A DNA stretch of 64,000 bases from Candidatus Kapaibacterium sp. (GTDB lineage Bacteria; Bacteroidota; Ignavibacteria; Kapaibacteriales; UBA2268). The stretch is taken from NCBI GenBank assembly GCA_963664875.1, contig OY761611.1, forward strand, positions 1,184,001 through 1,248,000. Reading direction: 5' to 3'. The notes below the pieces were generated by a model, which was not told the DNA's origin, searched no databases, and saw only the letters and a list, made by a program, of their open reading frames with translations. This document shows, in pieces, positions 57,201 to 64,000 of this stretch; position 1 is the stretch's first letter; each line of letters starts with the position of its first letter. The translations under genes were made by a program, and so were the position numbers.

Positions 57201-59632
57201 TATTAGACCTTGGAACAATTGATTTCAAAGTTGCAAATGCCACAGTAGGTTCAACAAACGGACATATAAATGGGAACGCAGGTACGTATATTGTAGCTGC
57301 AACTCATACAGGAATTACTCTTTCTGATGCACTATTTACGCCTGATATTCCAAGTGGAACAGGTGCATCTCTATATAATCTGCAGTTAGGCGACGATGCT
57401 TCGGGTGGCGATAATGAAACATTAGACGGAGATTTGACTATAAATAATGATTTGATACTTCTTGGTGGTGATTTAGATATTGATTCACATACTTTAACAG
57501 TATCGGGAGATATTACTCATACAACATTAGCAGAGAAAATCACTTTTTCTACAGGTAAAATCATATTAGATGGCTCAGGTACAGTAAGTAATTTGTCAAA
57601 CACACTATTTACAGGTACTACTTCTGCTCCTTTTATCGAATTCCAGAGACAAGAAACACTGACTGGTGATTTGACTTTTAACAATACTGATTTGACTTTA
57701 AACTCAACTACAGGCAATTTGCTTTTAGAAACTTATACATTAGAGTTCCAAGGCACAGGGCAGCCAATTATTCTATCCGGTTCACTTGATGCCAATCTGG
57801 CTGAAGTAATTCTTACAGCATCTACAACTGAAATACCTGCTTCTATGTTTGTAGATGATAAAGTAGATAAAATTACTGTAGCTACTATGGTAACTCTTTT
57901 CTGTAACTTGGAAGTTATTACTTCAATTACAGGGAACTACGACTTGAATACAGGCGAATACTATCTTGATTTATCATCAGGTGCTACTCATGAGTTCGAC
58001 CAAAATGACAACGTTATCGGTCGCCTCAGAAAAACTGTTTCAGGTAGCAGCGCAACTTTGTTTGAACTCGGTTGTGGAAACAGTAACGGCTACACTCCTT
58101 TAGAAATTAAATTCTACAATTCAAATACCTCTCAGGTAGTAGAAGTATCAGCCGAACAAACAAGTCCTGTTTACGGAAGACCGGGAGATCAAAAAAGAGC
58201 GTTTAATATTGAATGGTATGTAGAGCCTATCGGAACAGTTAATAATGCAAATGACTCAGTTCAAATCAATTTTGGCTGGGGTGCAGGGTTAAATAACGAT
58301 GGCCTTTCAGCTGTAAATAATGAAACTTTTTCTGCGAGATGGACAGGTACAGAATGGATAGACTACCGCAATTCTCATAAGACGGGCAAAAGAAATATAG
58401 GTAATTCTGACGATGGTATGTCTATGGGCTCGTATATCTCATACCCTATTAAGGCTGATGATTTTGGTGGTTATTATGCTGTTTTTGATGCAGAATCATC
58501 TTCAGATGAAGCCAAAGATGCAGCACTTGCCTTGCCTCTATACAAATTGGAATGTATCTCTCAACCAACTATTGTAGATGCAGGAAGCCCGTTTGATGTA
58601 GTATTCCAATTACAAAATCAATGGGGATACCCGGATACAACTGCAACTCCATTGACTATTACAATCACAGTTTTGGAAACTTGTGTTACTCTGACAAATT
58701 CTCCAATAACAGTTATCATGCCGGCTAACTCAGATAGAGTAACAGTGCCCGGCTTGATGTTGCATCCGGATAATTCAATCAATGCTGAAATAAAAGCTGT
58801 TACAACATACAAAGGATATTCTACATACGGTGTTTCCGGTCCAATAGATATTCTGCAGGTACAGCCACAACTACCTTGTACAAATCTGACTTTATCTGCT
58901 ATAACTGCAACGTCAATGACTGTTTCATTCACAGGCACAGGGACAGCGCACGATAAAGCTATAATCGTAGCAAGAATTGACAGTTTGCTTGTTAACTCTG
59001 AATTCCCACAAGATGGTCAGACATACAGTGGCAATACAGTTTTTGGTGCCGGCTCTCAAATAGGTAACGGGTTGGTTATCTACAACGGAGATGGAGAGTA
59101 TAATCACTCATTTACTCTTTCAGGTTTAGTCCCCGGCAGAAGATATTCTTTCAGAGTATTCTCATTCCAAGGTGCCAACGGTACTGAAAACTACAATCAC
59201 ACCCCGGGTAGCTTATCTACCAGAAATGCTACTACTCTGACAGGAACTGATGATGATGTTGTTTTTGGGTCAAATGATACCGAAGGAGATGCCAAATTAG
59301 TAGGAACAAACCAAGATTTTCAGGGAATCGTGGATTCAGATACAGATGAGGATTGGTTCCGCTTCCTGGTTACAAGTGCTTCGACAAATGTTAGAGTTAA
59401 GCTGACAAATGTTCCTGCCAATTATAACTTAGAGCTGTATAATTCTACCGGTAGAAGAATACGCAGAGCGTTTTTATTAGGTAGAGAAAATGAGTACCTT
59501 GTAGTTAATAATTTGACCACAGGCAGCTATAAAATTCGTATCTACGGACAGAACGGTGCTTATGACGATACAAATCCATATACTATAGAAGTTGAAACAG
59601 ACAACGACGAAATCTTCAGCGTTTCTGAGTAG
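54260..59632 (+). CDS. Large secreted beta-strand-repeat protein (adhesin-like) with FN3-like and C-terminal PPC-like domains
   Basis: Signal peptide; WTGG..DNWSNAANW N-terminus; Gly/Thr/Asn-rich repeats; FN3-like LSGLVPGRRYSFRVF; PPC-like DEDWFRF...NYNLELY...GSYKIRIYG. Confidence 0.8.
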   Translation: MKEIYGYRKFLIALILLFAVSGIDVYAQTNWTGGGLDDNWSNAANWDNGIPDQFADVTIPNNVNIIINTAASCKSLTFNDVGVGNSTITASGSRTLTMYGDLDLTGTDDILTISQGVGTLNLTFMGAGNITTGSDGDITVNNLVVNAGAGIVNLIGGTDDDDIIVKGNITVGNLSSLLDGGTDVRLVMNGGITQSITIYSLGIFSISDLFIDGAGTDVRTNSNIQIGELDINNGSFTQTAGITKISESSNYTAGSATFVNLDITAGGAITWNIPCTINGTFNKSGAGTLDITDEITFDNSASRSLTCAGGTVTFENITVTAGSDVTTSSSFTIGDGTLGSTFTVNNGATFIASGGTQTLNGTTTAVDIVNNSGTITFNDLVCSAGFTTLNGSADCASLAVGITGRFNAKDGTNDQLTLSGNLTMTAGGRFGNGIAPDVIFDAPAAINTGADADITFNDLTISSAAVTLTGSADDDDLLIQGDVNLTGTASLQDGGGNDVRLVFNTVGVHNIDVASGASFNITDLFIDIAGTDVRTSSNLTIEEFDINNGSFTQSAGTTYITEDPFYTGGTVQFYNLNVNTTSGNMAWAMPMTIRGNFTQTGAFTLTSSATTTINNTATRTFSFVSDKVTLDVLDIQANSDITTTSTFAFAGGASLTVGVGGSFTANSTSIVSIDPTGGFTITNNGGNDSDISFYDLTLLNNAGTVTTGTDMVITGDFTVPTNAIFDATAGTVKFDNTASRNIAVDGTLTFCTLELDANSTVVSDKGFYISNNNFAQSAGITIGTSSSLTFSDPTANVIFGQTAENGQNKSIVNNGTLVFNNLSASDLANNNVITSDDFTIAGTTFDMGSANGATFTASGGEITFTGNCLIGGHPVLQVTLWDILTSGTAQVTFNDGDLFSVKGDITCNATSTFKAAGNAASLTLDGTSLQTLGGNSSASYPFSFGILIVNKTQNSSPADYVNLELDTEIQSGGALTLTDGILDLGTIDFKVANATVGSTNGHINGNAGTYIVAATHTGITLSDALFTPDIPSGTGASLYNLQLGDDASGGDNETLDGDLTINNDLILLGGDLDIDSHTLTVSGDITHTTLAEKITFSTGKIILDGSGTVSNLSNTLFTGTTSAPFIEFQRQETLTGDLTFNNTDLTLNSTTGNLLLETYTLEFQGTGQPIILSGSLDANLAEVILTASTTEIPASMFVDDKVDKITVATMVTLFCNLEVITSITGNYDLNTGEYYLDLSSGATHEFDQNDNVIGRLRKTVSGSSATLFELGCGNSNGYTPLEIKFYNSNTSQVVEVSAEQTSPVYGRPGDQKRAFNIEWYVEPIGTVNNANDSVQINFGWGAGLNNDGLSAVNNETFSARWTGTEWIDYRNSHKTGKRNIGNSDDGMSMGSYISYPIKADDFGGYYAVFDAESSSDEAKDAALALPLYKLECISQPTIVDAGSPFDVVFQLQNQWGYPDTTATPLTITITVLETCVTLTNSPITVIMPANSDRVTVPGLMLHPDNSINAEIKAVTTYKGYSTYGVSGPIDILQVQPQLPCTNLTLSAITATSMTVSFTGTGTAHDKAIIVARIDSLLVNSEFPQDGQTYSGNTVFGAGSQIGNGLVIYNGDGEYNHSFTLSGLVPGRRYSFRVFSFQGANGTENYNHTPGSLSTRNATTLTGTDDDVVFGSNDTEGDAKLVGTNQDFQGIVDSDTDEDWFRFLVTSASTNVRVKLTNVPANYNLELYNSTGRRIRRAFLLGRENEYLVVNNLTTGSYKIRIYGQNGAYDDTNPYTIEVETDNDEIFSVSE

Positions 59633-59687
59633 ATTGATAGATTTTTTTGAATGACTGCAACAACAATTATCTTCACTAATGTTGCAG

Positions 59688-62600
59688 TTATTCAAAATTA
59701 GACTTAATTCCTTCAATAATAGATACAGTCTTATCTATATCGTATTCATTTATAGCCTCAACTAATATTTTAGCTACTTTTTCCCAATATATCAGTTTGT
59801 GCTTTATGGCAAATTGCGAAAAAGCGTCAGCGAATAGCATCATCTCGTCATCAATGAACATCTCCAATAGTTCATCAATTTTTGCCCCAAAAATTTGCCG
59901 GAACTCTGATGATACCGATTTAGGGATAATCTGAAACATTGTATCATCAGTTTCAATCGCATCTTCATTGCTTTTTATATTTATTTTGATTTGATACTTC
60001 AAAAATTTCATTAGCTGGCTAATAATTTGATTTTTTTGAACAGGCTTCCTCAAATAAGCATCAAACAGATCTTCTCTGTAATCATCTGATTCCCAGTCCG
60101 CAGCAGCAGTAATTGCAATTACTTTTGGAATTTTTTGAGTTCTTTCATTTTTGATAATCTGAGTTGCCTGAATGCCACTCATGACCGGCATCTTCAAATC
60201 CATCAGAACAATATCAGGTTGGAATTTTTCTACCATTTCAACGGCTTCTCTACCATTAGTAGCTTCTATAAAATCAAAATTATAATTCATCAGGAAAGAC
60301 TTAAGCAAAAATCGATTGTCGTAAATGTCATCTACCAATAAAATTTTGGCAGCTTCAAAAACGATTTCTCCATCTTCCCAAGAAAAAATATCATCAGGAT
60401 TAGAATCAAGCGGAGACACCTCTATATTAGATAGAGTAACTATAAACTCAGACCCTTCATTTTCTTTGCTTTTGAGCTGTATGTCGCCTCCCATCGCAGT
60501 ACAAAGTCGCTTAGTGATAGCCAATCCCAAACCTGTACCTGCATATTTTTTCGAATCCTGGCCGGACTGCTGACTAAATGCATCAAATATAATTTCCTGA
60601 AAACTATCACTAATACCAATCCCTGTATCTAAGACTCTTATAGAAATATCATATCTGCCTTCTTGATTCTCGAAAGCTCCGAAATGTACTTTAACATATC
60701 CATATTCTGTAAATTTGAGTGCATTACCTATTAGATTTAATAGTATCTGTCTAAGCCTAATTTCGTCAGATATGATATAGAGTGGAACTTCAGAATCTAT
60801 CTCATAAATCAAGTCAACAGCTTTATCTTTTGCACTTTTTGAAAACATAGAGATTAGCTCTTTTATCATTCTCGTGATAGAAACCGGTTCGTGTGTAATG
60901 TCAAATTTTCCTGATTCAATTTTTGATAAATCAAGAATATCATTTATCAAATGCAGTAAAGTTTCTCCGCTTTTGAGTACAGTTCTCAAATATTCGTGGT
61001 GCTGTGCGTTTTCAGTTGTATTCAGCATGAGTTCAGTAAACCCAAGAATTGAATTCATTGGAGTTCTAATCTCATGACTCATATTTGCAATGAATTCAGA
61101 TTTTGCTTTATTTGCATTCTCAGCGTTCTGCTTTGCTATTAGCAATTCAGACTCTGCTTTTTTTTGTGCAGTAATATCTGTCATTACTGTTAGAAAATAT
61201 TTTGACCTTTGGTCTTCAATAATTTCCCCAGCAAATAGCCCTGTAAGTATTTTACCTGATTTAGTTTTAATATCGAGTTCAACCCCGCTGATTTTGCCAT
61301 GTTTTTCTAAGACTGATGCGATAAGCTGCTGCTGATCGGCACTTACAAACAAATCAATGTCAGAAGCTGATTTACCTATGATTTCTGCTTTCGAATAGCC
61401 TAAAGTGTCGAGGAAAGCTGAATTTACCTCTGCAAATGTTCTGGAAGGCAACTCGCTTACTGCCATAAGTGCCGGATTGTTTTCGAAAAGTTTGTTAAAC
61501 TTTTCGAGAGCCTCCTGCTGAAAAGTCAAATCTTTGGAAATGCCAAAAATAACATCTTCCTTGTTCCAAGTTCCGAACCAAATTTTAGTTTCAACAGGAA
61601 TATAATGCCCTGATTTGGCTTGTAAAGGAAGCGGACATGAGTCTCTAAGTCCATTTATCATATCACCGAAAATGACAGTCGCTTCGTCCCTTTTTTCAGG
61701 CGGATGCACTCCAAGTATTCCGAGATTAGTTAATTCTTCTAAGTTATAACCAAGTTTCTTTTCTACTGCATTATTTGTATAAATAATTTCACCATTCGGT
61801 CTGCCTATGAAAATTAGATCGTCCATCGAATCAAAAAATAACCTAAAGTTCTGCTCACTTGAAATAAGCATATCTTCCATTTCTTTTCGTTTAGTTATAT
61901 CACTTATCGATCCACCTATGCTAAAATGCTGTTGTTCCTCGTTTTTAAAAATTTCTCCTTTAGAAAGAACCCAAATAACTCTCCCGTCTGTATGCTTCAT
62001 ACGGAATTGGATTTCAATCTTGCTTTTGCCTTTTTTTAATAAAGCTTCGATATCTTGCTGCAAAATTGGTTTATCTTCTTCATAAACCAAATCCAAAAAG
62101 TCACTATGTTTATTTATTTCAGTATCTTGAGTTATTCCCAATATCTCTTTCCATCTTTCGGAAACTTCCAAAGAATTATTCTCAAGATTCCAAAGCCACA
62201 ATCCATCATTTGTACCTTTGGCAGCTAATTCCAAAGCGATTTTTGTTTTTTGATTTTCTATTTCCTCTTCTTTTCTCGCAGTTATATCTATATGTGTACC
62301 AAACATCCAAAGCGGTTCACCGTTAGAACTTCGAGACAGGAGCTTACCCCTATCCGAAATCCAAACCCAGTGACCATCTTTGTGCTTCATTCTTGCTTCA
62401 AGTTCGTAAAACTCAATTTCGCCGTCAAAATGTTTTTTTATGAGTTCAGTGCTTCTCATCAAGTCTTCCGGGTGAGTCAGATTCATCCATGTTTCTATGC
62501 TTATGGGGCTAAGCTCTTCGAGAGTATATCCTACAATTTCTGACCATCTGTCATTAAAAATCACTTCTCCCGTTTGCACATTCCACTCCCAAGTGCCCGA

Positions 62601-63764
62601 ATTTGTACCTTCTAAGATGAAGCCTAATCTTTCGTTCTGATCTTTTATTTTAGATATTGCTTCTACCAAATTTGTTTGATTTATAAGATAACCTCTGATT
62701 TCTTTAATGGAATTATCTACATCCCTTATGATTCTGGTATAGTCAAAAATCCAGATATATTCTCCATTGCCGTTTTTAATGCGATAGCTTTGTTCGTAGG
62801 TATTTATATCAGCTGTTATATTAAGTCTGACTTCTTCTGATACAAACTCTATATCTTCCGGATGTATAATCTCCGAGTATTTAAAATTGGGGTTGGTGAA
62901 GTCCTGCCTTGTGTATTTGAGTACTTCTTTTATGTTAGAAGAAACATATTTCACAGGCCAATTTTCACGAGACTCCCAAATAATAGTAACTACAGGCCCG
63001 GCAGAAAACAAGTCTCTTTCTGCCTGCAACTCATTCGTAATTTGTATTCTCTCAGTAATATCATGTATATACCCGTGCCACAACACAGAGCCATCAGGCA
63101 TTTTTTGAGGATTAGCAGTTCCTCTAAGCCACCTTTCGCCCTTTGATGGAAGCACTACCCGATACTCGTATTCCCATAAAGTAAGATTCTCGAAAGATAG
63201 AGCAATGCTTTTGCTGACAGCTTCGATATCATCAGGATGCAATCGCGAAAATACAATGCTCGCATCGTGTTCTACTTCTTCAGGAGTTACTTCATAGATG
63301 TCAAAAATGCCTCTGCTTGCATAAGGAAATCTTGACTTCCCATCAGGATAGTATTGGTACTGATAAATAGTACCCGGCACTTGCTTACTTAATTCATCTA
63401 ACATTAGTTCACGTGATGCTTTAGCATCTGTTCTTTTAAGAATCAGAAGCAGCTTGTCTTCAAATTTTTCAAATACAGGCTCAATATAGGATTTCAATAG
63501 TTTAGAATAGTTAATTTCTGCTTTGTAAGTGGCAAAATCATCTTGTTTGATTTTTTGAGACAGCTCTTTGTTGATATCAAATTTTAACAAAGCAGATTTC
63601 AGATCATAAAGCACTATATGTTTGATTCTGAATAGTTCGTATAAATCAGTACTTTTGTCTGCAATTACATACTCCCCGGAATCCCTGTCTTTGGAAAACA
63701 GCAAAAAAGAAGTATCTAGGTTTTTAAGCACAATATTTAGAATTAAATCAGGATTCATTAGCAT
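59688..63764 (-). CDS. Hybrid multi-PAS sensor kinase (PAS repeats - HisKA - HATPase - REC)
   Basis: PAS3/PAC repeats (LHPDD, IHPED, THPED); KSEFIANMSHEIRTPMN; NLIGNALKFT; GTGLGL; ILLVDD...VLMDLKMP. Confidence 0.9.
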   Translation of the reverse strand: MLMNPDLILNIVLKNLDTSFLLFSKDRDSGEYVIADKSTDLYELFRIKHIVLYDLKSALLKFDINKELSQKIKQDDFATYKAEINYSKLLKSYIEPVFEKFEDKLLLILKRTDAKASRELMLDELSKQVPGTIYQYQYYPDGKSRFPYASRGIFDIYEVTPEEVEHDASIVFSRLHPDDIEAVSKSIALSFENLTLWEYEYRVVLPSKGERWLRGTANPQKMPDGSVLWHGYIHDITERIQITNELQAERDLFSAGPVVTIIWESRENWPVKYVSSNIKEVLKYTRQDFTNPNFKYSEIIHPEDIEFVSEEVRLNITADINTYEQSYRIKNGNGEYIWIFDYTRIIRDVDNSIKEIRGYLINQTNLVEAISKIKDQNERLGFILEGTNSGTWEWNVQTGEVIFNDRWSEIVGYTLEELSPISIETWMNLTHPEDLMRSTELIKKHFDGEIEFYELEARMKHKDGHWVWISDRGKLLSRSSNGEPLWMFGTHIDITARKEEEIENQKTKIALELAAKGTNDGLWLWNLENNSLEVSERWKEILGITQDTEINKHSDFLDLVYEEDKPILQQDIEALLKKGKSKIEIQFRMKHTDGRVIWVLSKGEIFKNEEQQHFSIGGSISDITKRKEMEDMLISSEQNFRLFFDSMDDLIFIGRPNGEIIYTNNAVEKKLGYNLEELTNLGILGVHPPEKRDEATVIFGDMINGLRDSCPLPLQAKSGHYIPVETKIWFGTWNKEDVIFGISKDLTFQQEALEKFNKLFENNPALMAVSELPSRTFAEVNSAFLDTLGYSKAEIIGKSASDIDLFVSADQQQLIASVLEKHGKISGVELDIKTKSGKILTGLFAGEIIEDQRSKYFLTVMTDITAQKKAESELLIAKQNAENANKAKSEFIANMSHEIRTPMNSILGFTELMLNTTENAQHHEYLRTVLKSGETLLHLINDILDLSKIESGKFDITHEPVSITRMIKELISMFSKSAKDKAVDLIYEIDSEVPLYIISDEIRLRQILLNLIGNALKFTEYGYVKVHFGAFENQEGRYDISIRVLDTGIGISDSFQEIIFDAFSQQSGQDSKKYAGTGLGLAITKRLCTAMGGDIQLKSKENEGSEFIVTLSNIEVSPLDSNPDDIFSWEDGEIVFEAAKILLVDDIYDNRFLLKSFLMNYNFDFIEATNGREAVEMVEKFQPDIVLMDLKMPVMSGIQATQIIKNERTQKIPKVIAITAAADWESDDYREDLFDAYLRKPVQKNQIISQLMKFLKYQIKINIKSNEDAIETDDTMFQIIPKSVSSEFRQIFGAKIDELLEMFIDDEMMLFADAFSQFAIKHKLIYWEKVAKILVEAINEYDIDKTVSIIEGIKSNFE

Positions 63765-63969
63765 CTCGTCAGAAAGAGAATTGTTTAATTAGATAATACC
63801 TCAATATAGACTAACAAGTAATTAAACTATTGAAAAGTAGAATGGTAGTTTTGGTAGTTACTTGAGAAAAGCAAATTTGAATAAATCAGTCATTTTGTAA
63901 ATAAATCTAATACGGTATTTCGAGTTACATCTTGGATATGAAACACTCCCTATCCCTCATCTACTAAAT

Positions 63970-64000
63970 AAAAAAGCTGACTTTTGTAGGTCAGCTTTTT
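63970..64000. terminator. Intrinsic terminator, probably of a gene beyond the right edge
   Basis: aaaaaagctgac-ttttgtag-gtcagcttttt. Confidence 0.7.

Overview
AT-rich bacterial chromosomal segment, most consistent with an FCB-group (Bacteroidota-related, e.g. Kapabacteria/Ignavibacteria-like) organism. This placement is inferred from DUF3127, PD40-OmpA and VPS10/BNR proteins and TAnnTTTG promoter elements. Housekeeping genes (argD-like, nuoF, rpmB, thrS, lpxB, lpxK, ruvC, smc, crotonase) are mixed with a TetR/TolC/HlyD/ABC efflux operon, an isolated motAB pair, five histidine-kinase genes and a 1790-aa secreted repeat protein. No rRNA, tRNA or CRISPR array was recognised. The best leads are: (1) a permease-less four-gene operon at 3456-6639 (signal-less solute-binding-fold protein, HypB/UreG-type GTPase, ABC ATPase, 80-aa MH...CxxC-x12-CPxC protein) that looks like a cytoplasmic metal-cofactor handling system; (2) an Rpn/PD-(D/E)XK nuclease gene with an in-frame TAG, followed by an internally deleted, synonymously diverged mini-copy that resembles a stand-alone RpnS-type antitoxin; (3) a family of TIR-bounded non-coding elements carrying REP-like hairpin doublets, one of them nested; (4) motAB co-transcribed with a catalytically degenerate REC-HD-GYP protein. 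All functional calls come from motif recognition by eye; no database searches were run.
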